Shown here piece after piece: positions 17,743-27,639 of a DNA stretch of 64,000 nt. Both the position numbers and the translations under genes were made by a program. The DNA lies in the IMG/VR virus record IMGVR_UViG_3300027833_000011, one strand, 5' to 3'. The DNA comes from a virus (taxonomy: Duplodnaviria; Caudoviricetes). Each line of letters starts with the position of its first letter. The stretch's first letter is position 1. The notes beneath the pieces are model-generated. The model searched no databases. It was not told where the DNA came from and saw only the letters and a program-made list of their open reading frames with translations.

Positions 17743-18084
17743 TTATCTTCTCTTAGCTCTTGTTAATGAAAATCTTATGAAGGTACCAGCACTAAAGATA
17801 CCAGGTACCCAAACACCAATATAAGTAGCTTCTTCTCTATGACCCATAAACCACATAGCGATTGACGCAATTAACGTAACTCCACCTAATACGTATATAA
17901 CCTTATCAGAGTATTGTAACTCAGTAAAGGTTTCTATTTGTTTAGTTTTAGGGGTATAACTTTTAGGTTGTATTTTAGGACCTGAAGCCTCTATCTTCTT
18001 CTTATTGTTGTTGTTATGGTAGTATCTCCTTTTTTTAGGTTTTGGACTACCACTAACGTTGTTTTTGTTATTATTTTCTGACAT
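17743..18084 (-). CDS. membrane protein with a basic low-complexity N-terminus
   Basis: PKKRRYY; two C-terminal TM helices containing YIGVWVP. Confidence 0.7.
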   Translation of the reverse strand: MSENNNKNNVSGSPKPKKRRYYHNNNNKKKIEASGPKIQPKSYTPKTKQIETFTELQYSDKVIYVLGGVTLIASIAMWFMGHREEATYIGVWVPGIFSAGTFIRFSLTRAKRR

Positions 18085-18154
18085 AATTCTATTAAGGGTA
18101 TTAATTTATGAACCCATATAATATATATTAATCTTTTTATTAGTAAAAGACAAA

Positions 18155-18367
18155 TTAAAATTCACTTATTTTTAAACTAACTAAACGGTCTATCTTTTTT
18201 ACACATTCATCGAAGGTATTACACATCACTATGGGTTTCCATGTTTTAAAGATGATATAATTAAAGGTTCTATATTCTACCACATAAGAGACTATATTAC
18301 GAATCTTAGTTTCTACGATTCTATACCTTAGTTTTTCTATACGTTCTATCTCTTCCCTCTGTAACAC
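18155..18367 (-). CDS. hypothetical protein
   Basis: 70-aa ORF. Confidence 0.6.
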   Translation of the reverse strand: MLQREEIERIEKLRYRIVETKIRNIVSYVVEYRTFNYIIFKTWKPIVMCNTFDECVKKIDRLVSLKISEF

Positions 18368-18475
18368 TATACTTTTTTTTCTCTATATATATTATTTTAT
18401 GTGGTAAGGCCGCGGACCTTTGATTACTTTCTAAGTAATACAAATATAATCTTTCCAAATATTAATATCATAGTA

Positions 18476-19231
18476 ATGAAAGTAAATTTATCAACATATA
18501 AGATTCTTAAAGAAAGTATATGGGATAATAGATTCAAAATACCTGTATATGATGTAGTACATGGTATCCTTACTAAGTATAAGGATAATGAAAGATATAT
18601 TCAAGAAATACTTACATTAAGAGAACTAATACTTAAATGTGATAGTAAACTTATAAACTATAATGTGAGTAACCCTATGGATAAACACTTTGTACGTTTA
18701 ATTGAAGTCTCTGTAACGAATGACATGAGATACCTTTTATTTGAAACCTATAAGGATATCTTGGATAATAATCACTTAGATGATGTTCCTAATATAATGA
18801 TATTAGAATACTGTATACTAAGAGAGATATTCCTTAAATTAAAGGTAATAGATATTAATTACGGATTAAACATAACTGAAGAAGATTATCTTAAGGATAT
18901 CCTCCTCCCGTATCCTGATGAAGATGATTATAGTAAATACCTTTTAGATAAACATCACCCTCACATTGTACATCAGTTTACTGAGTATATGGAAGATGAT
19001 TCCTTATCACAGGTTTTATGTGATTCTGTAATGGAGTATCAGAAGGAACTAATAAAAATGTGTCCCATTAACATTAATGTCGGAGACATTGAAATTTATA
19101 CACACCCTTCGTATGAGTTCACATTACCCTTACTCCCTTCAGTTGCTAAACATATAAACCCATTATTTAATGAGTTATTAGGTATAGAACTAAACACTTC
19201 TTCTTCTGAATATCCTTCTCACTCATTATAA
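18476..19231 (+). CDS. hypothetical protein
   Basis: Start reassigned to the ATG at 18476. Confidence 0.65.
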   Translation: MKVNLSTYKILKESIWDNRFKIPVYDVVHGILTKYKDNERYIQEILTLRELILKCDSKLINYNVSNPMDKHFVRLIEVSVTNDMRYLLFETYKDILDNNHLDDVPNIMILEYCILREIFLKLKVIDINYGLNITEEDYLKDILLPYPDEDDYSKYLLDKHHPHIVHQFTEYMEDDSLSQVLCDSVMEYQKELIKMCPININVGDIEIYTHPSYEFTLPLLPSVAKHINPLFNELLGIELNTSSSEYPSHSL

Positions 19232-19335
19232 GTAAATCTGTAAATCGTGTTTGCCACGACCGAATGGGAGTGGGTTAACGAATTACTGATGTATTTTGTA
19301 ATATTCTTAAGAGATATAAATTAGAAGTCTAAAAC

Positions 19336-19600
19336 TAACTTTGTAGTGTCTTTCATACGCCGGTAACGACCTTCGTCGATTGGTGGTTTTGTTGAAGAAA
19401 TGTCTGAATGGGGGTCTTTTTAAATTATTGACGATTTCCCTCGTAAAACCATCGATTAATTAACTTTGTAGTCCCTTTCATGCGCCGGAAACGACTTCGT
19501 CGGACTGTTGAGATTGTCTATAAAAAAGAAAAACCCATCGTTTATAATGAGTTTAATTAACTTTGTAGTGTCTTTCGTACGCCGGAAACGACTTCGTCGA
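19336..19600 (+). repeat. three 43-44 bp direct repeats TAACTTTGTAGTGTCTTTCRTRCGCCGGWAACGAC(C)TTCGTCG
   Basis: Copies at 19336-19379, 19461-19503 and 19558-19600, separated by 81 and 54 nt. Confidence 0.9.
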
Positions 19601-20488
19601 TTATACGTGGACTATTGTACCTGTAGAACCTGATGGAAGTGGGTCAGTAAATTCTATTCGACTATTAACGACATTTACAGTATAGTTCACACCCTTCTTT
19701 TGGATGAGTCCGTTAACTTCGACTAATATAACCTTATTTAAAGTATCCGTCGTAGTGTAGTTAGATGTGGAACCATTTCCTATGATATCTGTAGTAGAAA
19801 CTGCTGACGTAATATCATTACCCCAAAACATAATAGTACCTGACATCCCCGATTGTGGGGCTTCAGTGAATGTAATAACCTTACCACTAACATTATAGTC
19901 AGTACCTTTCTTCTGTATAAGACCATTTAATTCCACATAAAGAACTTCATTTAATGTTGTCGCCTCTACTGTATATGATGTTGTAGAACCATCAGAAATG
20001 AAATCAGTACTTAGTATGTATTGTGCGAAATCTGCTGATTCATTTTCAATTGTCTTAAAGATGACGTTACCATTACCATCGGTTGCCATTACTTGTCCTA
20101 ATGTACCATCAGATGACGGTAATAAATATGAATCACTAATTTTTACTTTTCCTCCGTCAGTAATTGTAATACTATCTGTGATTGTAGTATCGCTTGAAAC
20201 AAATCTAAAAACAACGCTATTCGATTCTTTAGTGACTTTTAAATTATCTGACACATATAATTCTTCAGTGTATGTTTTCCCATACCTCTTAGTTAAAGAA
20301 CCTAAATTATATAATCCGTTATTAGACGGTATTAAGTCACTTCCTAAGTTTTGAATAGAAACATCCCCCGTAAATGACGGACTATTAAGGTTAGCCTTTT
20401 GATTTGTATGTTCATTAACTTTCCCTATGATGTTATTCATCTTACTGGAAACGAGGGTGGCTATTGTACTTAATTGTGTATTAGACAT
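19601..20488 (-). CDS. tail-fibre/virion structural-like protein
   Basis: KANLNSPSFTG; two repeats of VE(L/V)NGLIQKKGxxYxV...IxFTxxxxSG. Confidence 0.65.
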   Translation of the reverse strand: MSNTQLSTIATLVSSKMNNIIGKVNEHTNQKANLNSPSFTGDVSIQNLGSDLIPSNNGLYNLGSLTKRYGKTYTEELYVSDNLKVTKESNSVVFRFVSSDTTITDSITITDGGKVKISDSYLLPSSDGTLGQVMATDGNGNVIFKTIENESADFAQYILSTDFISDGSTTSYTVEATTLNEVLYVELNGLIQKKGTDYNVSGKVITFTEAPQSGMSGTIMFWGNDITSAVSTTDIIGNGSTSNYTTTDTLNKVILVEVNGLIQKKGVNYTVNVVNSRIEFTDPLPSGSTGTIVHV

Positions 20489-20564
20489 GTTCTATTTTAT
20501 TGTGTTTTTACTATTGTAAGTTTACATTTATTTTTATTATAAATAAAGCAAAATATAAAAAGTT

Positions 20565-21179
20565 TTATTTTTTAACTAAAATCAGTGAAAAATCATCTAC
20601 TGAATAGTCATCTATTAATGTTATTACAACGTCCTTAAACTCGTCGGTTAATTTCTTTACCAACTCTTTTTTATTAAAAGACACTTGAACTTCACCTATA
20701 AAATGTTCTTTATCTAATAGGTTTAGACAAACTCCCACATCACTAATAGATAAGAAATGTGAAATATGTTCTATCAATTCTTTTTCATCAAATCCTATTG
20801 AAAATACCCCACTTGCATAAGTCCATTCAAACTTTTCTAAGAAATATAGAATGTTAGTATTCAATACTCTAATTTCATCTCCATACCTTTCTTTGGCTAT
20901 TTTTATGAAATCGGGCATGATGTCGATTCCTGTATAATCAACATTAATATCATTCAACTTTAAATAACCATAAAGGTCAGATAATCCAGAACCAAAATCC
21001 AAAACTCTATCTCCGTTTTGAACATAATCTAAGAATACGTTAAACCTATCAGTTTGACTGTCTCTATCTCTCCACCCTAAAAGAATAGGGTCGTCTTCAG
21101 AGTTTGCTAAGTCAGTCATCACCTCATAAAAGGCTTTTGATAATGTTTTCTGATTAATGTTATTCGTATTCAGGTTCAT
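20565..21179 (-). CDS. class I SAM-dependent methyltransferase
   Basis: LGW..SQ..RF, VLDFGSG, YTGIDI, ASGVF. Confidence 0.88.
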   Translation of the reverse strand: MNLNTNNINQKTLSKAFYEVMTDLANSEDDPILLGWRDRDSQTDRFNVFLDYVQNGDRVLDFGSGLSDLYGYLKLNDINVDYTGIDIMPDFIKIAKERYGDEIRVLNTNILYFLEKFEWTYASGVFSIGFDEKELIEHISHFLSISDVGVCLNLLDKEHFIGEVQVSFNKKELVKKLTDEFKDVVITLIDDYSVDDFSLILVKK

Positions 21180-21792
21180 ATGATAGCCATGTGGTTAATA
21201 TTGTTTTATTTGAAGACATTGGTGTTCTTCCTCTATGTATATAAGGGAAAGATGCTGGGTGGATTAACAACGTACCCTTTGTCGGTTTGAATGATAACAT
21301 TTTACCATCTTCATCATTAGCATATATAAAGTCAGTTTCTCCACCTTCTTCTACATCATCTAAGTAAAGTAAGAAAGAAAATAATCTTCTACTCATTTCG
21401 AAGGTTCCTGTCTCTGCGTGCCATGCGTTATAGTGACCTGTAGATTTAGGATATTCTTGAACTTGTAGTAGTTCATAAAAAGTCGGGGCTAAAAACAAAT
21501 CTTCACCCGGTTTAGTCTCGTCTTGATGTGGGAAATTACCTAAGTATTGGTTAACAATAATTTCATTAAATTTTTCAATCACACCATAACCAAATAATAC
21601 ATCGTCTTCTACTGGTGATGAAAGAATATCAAAATCAATTGATGATTTAATTGTATCATTTACCCCTGAACCTGATTGTCCTTGGTAAGCCAATTTTAAT
21701 GTTTTTGCTCTTTCGAACCTTTCTAATATTAAGTTACATTCTTCATGAGTAAAAGCCCCTTCAAAGTAACCTATTGTGTTTTTTAATTCCAT
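21160..21792 (-). CDS. 2OG-Fe(II) oxygenase
   Basis: WHAE, LLYLDDVEEGGETDF, PASFPYIHRG. Confidence 0.9.
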   Translation of the reverse strand: MELKNTIGYFEGAFTHEECNLILERFERAKTLKLAYQGQSGSGVNDTIKSSIDFDILSSPVEDDVLFGYGVIEKFNEIIVNQYLGNFPHQDETKPGEDLFLAPTFYELLQVQEYPKSTGHYNAWHAETGTFEMSRRLFSFLLYLDDVEEGGETDFIYANDEDGKMLSFKPTKGTLLIHPASFPYIHRGRTPMSSNKTILTTWLSYEPEYE

Positions 21793-21793
21793 T

Positions 21794-22528
21794 TTAATAG
21801 TTTAATGTGTTTTTATTACCTGTTTCTTGTCCCCACCAACCTGCCATGGCCAATCTTTTTACCTTTACGTTTGGTACAACTTCGGATACGTAGTGCATAT
21901 GACCCATACTCGTAGCTAAATCAAACATCGTTAGTGTATTAAATTTAGGAACATTTATTTTCTCAATCAAGTTTTCATTCATTTTATCTTGAAAATGTAG
22001 GTTACCACCATATTGAGGTTTCCAATCTTTACTTAAGTTATATACAAACCCTAACACCCCATTTGGTCCGTCACTATGAGGAGATAAGAAATCTCTATCC
22101 GTGTACCACGAAGCAAATAACTCATTAATTTTTGTTACTTTATATCCTGTTAAATAATCTAAAAAAGACACTACCTCTTCCGATAGTACGTCATGTCTGA
22201 ATTGACACTCCTCACACCAACAACCCTCTACGTGGTCATCGTTTGTCCTTCTAAAACTATAAGAAAATTTGTCTTCACTAAACGCCTTTCTAGCGGTTTC
22301 GTCAGATGTTTTAATATAATCTATATTATCTTCTGTCCATCTTGTAATGTGCATGTCTTGGTCTTTAGATGGTCTGGATGAAACATTCCACCAATCTTGA
22401 GGCATTGAGTTTAAATGATTCCACAGTTTTTCTGCGTACTCCTCATCTAACCAATTATTAATTGTAACAATACCGTTTTTTAAAAATTGATATTTTAACT
22501 CTCGTATGTTTAAGTCTTTGTTAATCAT
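21794..22528 (-). CDS. 2OG-Fe(II) oxygenase (prolyl-hydroxylase-like)
   Basis: FLSPHSD, WKPQYGGNLHF, PKFNTLTMF, HYVSEV, RLAMAGW. Confidence 0.9.
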   Translation of the reverse strand: MINKDLNIRELKYQFLKNGIVTINNWLDEEYAEKLWNHLNSMPQDWWNVSSRPSKDQDMHITRWTEDNIDYIKTSDETARKAFSEDKFSYSFRRTNDDHVEGCWCEECQFRHDVLSEEVVSFLDYLTGYKVTKINELFASWYTDRDFLSPHSDGPNGVLGFVYNLSKDWKPQYGGNLHFQDKMNENLIEKINVPKFNTLTMFDLATSMGHMHYVSEVVPNVKVKRLAMAGWWGQETGNKNTLNY

Positions 22529-22562
22529 AATAACATTATTATAGTGTTTTACTATCTTAAAT

Positions 22563-22907
22563 TCAATAGTTTTTATTTTTTAAATTATTAAGTCTAACCT
22601 CTAATTGCTCAAAACAATCTATAAAAGCACTGTTTTCTAATTCGGACCTACTTGAGTGATACCCTTTAACTGAGAATGAAAAACCACTACGTAGTTGTAT
22701 ATGACCAACCCATTGAGATTCATTAAAACATTCAACACTTAAAATAATACCTATAGAGTCAAAAAAATAATAAAGACTCCTTATATGGTATAAAGATAAT
22801 ATAGACCTATTAACGATTGGTGTGTTTGGGAATACTGTCTCCTTAAAAAATTTAAAAGAAAGAGGGTATTCATCTATTACCTTACCCCAATCAAAAATAT
22901 TGTCCAT
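22563..22907 (-). CDS. hypothetical protein
   Basis: 114-aa ORF. Confidence 0.65.
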   Translation of the reverse strand: MDNIFDWGKVIDEYPLSFKFFKETVFPNTPIVNRSILSLYHIRSLYYFFDSIGIILSVECFNESQWVGHIQLRSGFSFSVKGYHSSRSELENSAFIDCFEQLEVRLNNLKNKNY

Positions 22908-22912
22908 ATATA

Positions 22913-23134
22913 TTATCTTTTAACCCCTATATCAGTATATTTATACCAAATTCTTTCATGTACAAAATACAATATCATTTTGGTTACGACTTCTGCCCCA
23001 CCAATACTCAATCCAATTAGTGGGTCACCACTAATATACCAACTTAATAAAATGGTATCAACAGTACCAACAAGTCTCCAAGTTAACGTCTTTAAAAAGT
23101 GACGCTTAAGAGTGACTTTCGTCTTCTTAGTCAT
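22913..23134 (-). CDS. DUF2061 membrane protein
   Basis: KTLTWRLVGT, YFVHERIW. Confidence 0.9.
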   Translation of the reverse strand: MTKKTKVTLKRHFLKTLTWRLVGTVDTILLSWYISGDPLIGLSIGGAEVVTKMILYFVHERIWYKYTDIGVKR

Positions 23135-23532
23135 AACTTACCGTCAACTTTCATTTGCTCTCTAATAGAGGTTGCTGAAATATCCCCAATCTCTATTGGT
23201 GGTACGTGTTCAATAATATCATAACCAACACCTCTACCATAGTTGATAGATTCAATGTCAGGAATAATTGTTGGTAATACCTTTCCTTCGTTTATTAAGT
23301 CTTTTAACTCCCCTTCCTTTACCATCTCTAAGATTTGTTCTGCCGTCCAAGGATTTTTGTCATCTGGTTTCACATCTCTAATACCTAACCACACATTATA
23401 ACCCTCCTTTAGTCTTTCATTGATTAACCAAAGGTGACCTTTGTGTAATGGTTGCCATCTTCCTGCGAAGAATGAGTATTTAACATCTGATGTGGATGAC
23501 TCTTTATCTGCTTTCGCTTTAAATTCTGCCAT
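23131..23532 (-). CDS. HIGH-motif cytidyltransferase-like nucleotidyltransferase
   Basis: FAGRWQPLHKGH, ISATSIR. Confidence 0.88.
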   Translation of the reverse strand: MAEFKAKADKESSTSDVKYSFFAGRWQPLHKGHLWLINERLKEGYNVWLGIRDVKPDDKNPWTAEQILEMVKEGELKDLINEGKVLPTIIPDIESINYGRGVGYDIIEHVPPIEIGDISATSIREQMKVDGKL

Positions 23533-23550
23533 AGTTCATTTGTTTTTATT

Positions 23551-23736
23551 TTATTCTGCCGAGATAAACTCTCTTAATGCGTCAACTAATTCAGTATCAT
23601 TTTCCACTAAATTACCTTTTACCATGATATCTCCGTTCTGTCTTAATTCTAGAACTGGAACGTCTAAACCTGTGACGTTAAATATAATAGCGTTTTCTGC
23701 CAAGTTTGTTGGTGTTACTTCTATACCTTCTTCCAT
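23551..23736 (-). CDS. hypothetical protein
   Basis: 61-aa ORF within the cysC operon. Confidence 0.65.
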   Translation of the reverse strand: MEEGIEVTPTNLAENAIIFNVTGLDVPVLELRQNGDIMVKGNLVENDTELVDALREFISAE

Positions 23737-23742
23737 TTTTTT

Positions 23743-24198
23743 TTAAATGTTTAAATAGTTTATTATTTCAACTAATGAAGATTCAACAGGTACGTTTGTT
23801 GTATCAACATCTAAGAAATCCTTTTTGGGTTGTACATATTCATCACTATGAAAATGCTCTCTTCCTCTTATCTCTGTTGTGTGAACAAAGAATTCTTTAA
23901 CCTCATCACCTAATCGGTCTTTGAAAGATTGTCTCATATTTTCGTAAGGAGCTACTAAAGAAACAACGACATCATTTCCTTTGTTATTTAGGAATTGAGA
24001 TATGTTTTGTGCTCTCTCAATATTAGCCTCCCTACCCTTTTTAGAGTAATCTTTATTCGCGGTTAATTCTCTTAGGTCATCACCATCTACATGAAATATA
24101 GTCTTTTTATGTGGATAGTTAACCTCTAAATACTCTTTTAATGTCTTAGCTAAGACAGTTTTTCCGTGGCCAGGTTGGCCTGTAAACCAATATATCAT
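23743..24198 (-). CDS. cysC: adenylyl-sulfate kinase
   Basis: WFTGQPGHGKT, VDGDDLR, YSKKGR, VVVSLVAPY. Confidence 0.9.
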   Translation of the reverse strand: MIYWFTGQPGHGKTVLAKTLKEYLEVNYPHKKTIFHVDGDDLRELTANKDYSKKGREANIERAQNISQFLNNKGNDVVVSLVAPYENMRQSFKDRLGDEVKEFFVHTTEIRGREHFHSDEYVQPKKDFLDVDTTNVPVESSLVEIINYLNI

Positions 24199-24201
24199 AT
24201 G

Positions 24202-24396
24202 TTATTTTAAATGGATTTGTTTATTACGATTGTTTTTACCTTCAGGACATTCCTCAACTTCTTCATTTGTTGAAAACGGTTTAATGTAACACCCTTGACC
24301 GGCACCCTCAATATAACCAATTCGTTGATATATTGAAGTGTTAAAGGTGTATGGTGTTTGAGCCCCACAAAGCACACAAAGGTCTTTTTTATCCAT
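24202..24396 (-). CDS. small CxxC protein
   Basis: CVLCG...YIEGAGQGC. Confidence 0.65.
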   Translation of the reverse strand: MDKKDLCVLCGAQTPYTFNTSIYQRIGYIEGAGQGCYIKPFSTNEEVEECPEGKNNRNKQIHLK

Positions 24397-24440
24397 ACCT
24401 TAAGTATAGACACAATCAAACGTAAAATCAATATGAGAGA

Positions 24441-24468
24441 AAAAAAAAAGAACCTCAGTAGAGGTTCT
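24441..24468 (-). terminator. intrinsic terminator
   Basis: A-tract followed by AGAACCTC-AGTA-GAGGTTCT. Confidence 0.75.
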
Positions 24469-24608
24469 AATTTATTATTTTAATAAGGTATGTTAATATG
24501 AAATATCTGTCAATTAACTAATTTTAAGATACATCATTATTACGAGTATACTAATAAATAGTTAATTTCTATAAAAACTACAGACTTAATCTAATTTTTT
24601 TTCGAGTA

Positions 24609-24830
24609 TTATACTTTAAACGTCACTTTTACCCAATTACCAGAACCTTCTAAGACTAATTCAGGGACTGTTTTAATAATCAAAGTATCATAACCAAATG
24701 AAATATTATCTCCCTTAAAGAAACTAACCCCGTCATTAAATACTACTCCGTCATCTTTAACGATATAATCAATGTTCTTAGTCTCCACGAACATGATACC
24801 TGAAACAATCATTTTAGTATACTTCCCCAT
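24609..24830 (-). CDS. hypothetical protein
   Basis: 73-aa ORF. Confidence 0.55.
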   Translation of the reverse strand: MGKYTKMIVSGIMFVETKNIDYIVKDDGVVFNDGVSFFKGDNISFGYDTLIIKTVPELVLEGSGNWVKVTFKV

Positions 24831-24971
24831 TTGTTATTATATTAATTAGATTATTTTATAAATATATAAATAGATTTGGTTAAAACCAAAAGTAACGTTA
24901 ATTATGTTTTATATTATACTATAGACATAATTAGTGAATTATTTAATATTTATATACATAACGTTAAAACA

Positions 24972-27239
24972 ATGAAGATAAAATTCACAAATAAACAGAT
25001 TGCGAATATTCTGAATGAGTCATCTGAAGACCACATAGTTAGGGCAATTAAACTTATCGGTGGTATTCACGCCGACAATATCGCGTCTGTTGATATAATA
25101 AAAGGGTTACTTAAAACTAAAGGACTTGGAAGTGTTAGGTTAAGGTTAAAACAAGATTACGATTTAGATGGTATCCCAAAATTAAAAGATAGAATTAGAT
25201 TTCATGAGTATTGGAATCGATTCACAGGAACAACTGACGGTAGAGGATTTGCGTTCGAAGGTTTAATCGCAGGTTTATTTGGTGGTGAAACAACCTCTAA
25301 ATTAAATTATGAGGACCCAGATAATAACAAAAAAAATCCGACACAAGACGTTATAATTTCAACGAAAGAAGGGTCAAAACACTACTCCTTAAAAGTAGTT
25401 AGAGACGCATCGGAAAGGTTTAGTTTAGGGTCGTATAAGAAAAAATTATCTGACTATTTTAAGGCGATAGATAGTGACTCAAAAGAAACCGTGATGGAAT
25501 TCTTAACTGATGAGAATAATGATAAAGAACTAAAAATAGAATTTTTAAATTCTTGTTACGCAGATGATATTATTTTTCTATTCGCATATATAGATGTACC
25601 TAATAGAGCAATTAAATACACTATATGTCCTGTTTTTGGTGATGATGGTGTTATTGATAGGATAGTAAATAAAGGTGGTTTAATGTCAGGTAAGTCAGGC
25701 CCAAACTCAATAGGGTTAAGTCCTAAAAACTTAGAGACATGGGAAATAAAATTCCCAAATGTGACAGAAGAAGAAGTTAATCGATTTTTACCGAACGAAA
25801 AAGGTGTTAGAAATAAAGATAAAGTTTACTCATTGTTTAGTGATGAAATAAAATCGTATTTAAGACCTGAGGTTTTAGATTACATATACAATAATAAAGA
25901 ACGTCTATCCTCTGAACTTACTATGTTAGATGAGTCAGTAGTGGACTTACTAACTAAATTTTATGAGTTAGATATCGAACCATCCAAATACGATGACCTT
26001 ATTGTTGGATTGACAGATGAAGATGTTACCAAAGATTTTTTACGTAATTTAGATAGAAAATCACTTAAGTCTGGTAACGTAGAAGATAATGTCATAAAAT
26101 ATATCGAAAAATATAAGAAATCACTTACCGATAGAGTTTCTCCTGAACCTGAGCACGAAGATAGTTATTTCGTTGATGATGATGAGGAACAAGAAAAATC
26201 TAAAATAGGTAGAAAATCATTTATAAAAGAACTAAGACCTTTACAGGTAGAACTATTGAAATTACAGGAACACGTTAAGAAAACAGGTAAATCTGTTGTT
26301 ATTGTATTTGAAGGTAGGGATTCGGCAGGTAAAGGGTCAACAATTAAAAAATTCATAGAATACCTACAACCACAATACTACAAAGTAGTTGCGTTAGGAA
26401 TACCAACACCAGAAGAAAAGAAGAATTGGTTTGACAGATATGAAAGAGAAATAGAATCAGGTAAAATTATATTCTTTGATAGAAGTTGGTACAATAGAGG
26501 TATTGTAGAACCAGTAATGGGATACTCAACAATGGAAGAATATACTGACTTTATGGAGAATGTGGGTAGTTTTGAAAGTTCACTTTTATCAAAAGGATAC
26601 GATGTTTTTAAGTTTTGGTTATCTATAACACAAGACACACAAAGAAAACGTTTCGACATGAGAAAGAACTCACCACTTAAGTATTGGAAATTCTCACCTA
26701 ATGATGAAGCATCTATTGATAAGTGGGACGACTATACCGAATATAAAGAAAAGGCGTTAAAACAAACGGCTGAGGTTATTCCATGGTCAGTTGTGGATAC
26801 AAACGATAAGAGAGCGGGAGCACTTAACTCAATTAGAACAGTTCTAAATAAAGTAGATTACGAAGGTAAAGATGACAAAAATTTAGGTATGATTTACCCT
26901 GAAGTCGTTACCACTGTTGATGAGATTCAAGATTTAAATGAAGATAATTCATTTATGAGAAGAAGAGTTGATAAGGTAGTATTTAGAAAGATAGTTAACC
27001 CTAAGGTAACTATAACAGTTGAGAAACATCCTAACGGTCAGATTGTGGACATTATAAACAAATATAATATTAGGTTCCCATTCGTTGTTGGACAAGTGTT
27101 AAATGCCGGATATAAGACATGGGCAAGTGTTAATGGGTATGAGACATCCATCGATGGGTTTAACTTTAAAGGTGGTCCTGAAAAGAAGAAATTTGGTATA
27201 CCTGTTAGTATGTTACCACCAGAGTTAAAAAATCTTTAA
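24972..27239 (+). CDS. ppk2: multidomain protein: PD-(D/E)xK-like N-domain, polyphosphate kinase 2, and a C-terminal module
   Basis: VFEGRDSAGKGSTIK, FDRSWYNR, WLSITQDTQRKRF, SPND, PWSVV; N-terminal GFAFEG...QDVII...YSLK; start reassigned to 24972. Confidence 0.9.
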   Translation: MKIKFTNKQIANILNESSEDHIVRAIKLIGGIHADNIASVDIIKGLLKTKGLGSVRLRLKQDYDLDGIPKLKDRIRFHEYWNRFTGTTDGRGFAFEGLIAGLFGGETTSKLNYEDPDNNKKNPTQDVIISTKEGSKHYSLKVVRDASERFSLGSYKKKLSDYFKAIDSDSKETVMEFLTDENNDKELKIEFLNSCYADDIIFLFAYIDVPNRAIKYTICPVFGDDGVIDRIVNKGGLMSGKSGPNSIGLSPKNLETWEIKFPNVTEEEVNRFLPNEKGVRNKDKVYSLFSDEIKSYLRPEVLDYIYNNKERLSSELTMLDESVVDLLTKFYELDIEPSKYDDLIVGLTDEDVTKDFLRNLDRKSLKSGNVEDNVIKYIEKYKKSLTDRVSPEPEHEDSYFVDDDEEQEKSKIGRKSFIKELRPLQVELLKLQEHVKKTGKSVVIVFEGRDSAGKGSTIKKFIEYLQPQYYKVVALGIPTPEEKKNWFDRYEREIESGKIIFFDRSWYNRGIVEPVMGYSTMEEYTDFMENVGSFESSLLSKGYDVFKFWLSITQDTQRKRFDMRKNSPLKYWKFSPNDEASIDKWDDYTEYKEKALKQTAEVIPWSVVDTNDKRAGALNSIRTVLNKVDYEGKDDKNLGMIYPEVVTTVDEIQDLNEDNSFMRRRVDKVVFRKIVNPKVTITVEKHPNGQIVDIINKYNIRFPFVVGQVLNAGYKTWASVNGYETSIDGFNFKGGPEKKKFGIPVSMLPPELKNL

Positions 27240-27243
27240 TTAA

Positions 27244-27606
27244 ATGAAAACACCAATTATAAAATATAGTGATAAAATATTAGATAGGTTAAGTTGGTTT
27301 ATGAGAATAGGTGGTATCACATTATGGCCATTCATCATACTTAGAGAACGTTATAATGTAACAAACGCCGATTATAATAAGAGAATTATCAATCACGAAT
27401 CAATACATATCAAACAACAACAAGAACTTTTAGTGATACCTTTTTATGTGATATACGTCATAGAGTGGTTCATAAAACTTTTCTTCTATGGTAAGGACGC
27501 ATATTATAATATTTCATTTGAGCGTGAAGCTTACAGTAACGAATATGACTACAAATATCTAAATAGAAGAAAAAATTATAATTGGATTTATAGGTTATTT
27601 AAATAA
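27244..27606 (+). CDS. conserved HExxH membrane protein
   Basis: INHESIHIKQ, YVIEW, ISFEREAY. Confidence 0.75.
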   Translation: MKTPIIKYSDKILDRLSWFMRIGGITLWPFIILRERYNVTNADYNKRIINHESIHIKQQQELLVIPFYVIYVIEWFIKLFFYGKDAYYNISFEREAYSNEYDYKYLNRRKNYNWIYRLFK

Positions 27607-27639
27607 AAAGACTATTTATAGTGATAAAACAATATTAAA

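Noticed and set aside
19336-19600. CRISPR array
   Set aside because: There are only three repeats, the spacers are unequal and long (81 and 54 nt) and partly similar to each other, and no cas gene is in the window. Kept as an unexplained repeat instead.
19998-20354. Antisense shadow ORFs in the track (e.g. 3888, 4188, 5090, 9987, 11732, 19998, 33305, 42909, 54626, 62072, 63562)
   Set aside because: They lie opposite well-supported genes, have no motifs, and show the composition typical of reverse-frame artefacts.
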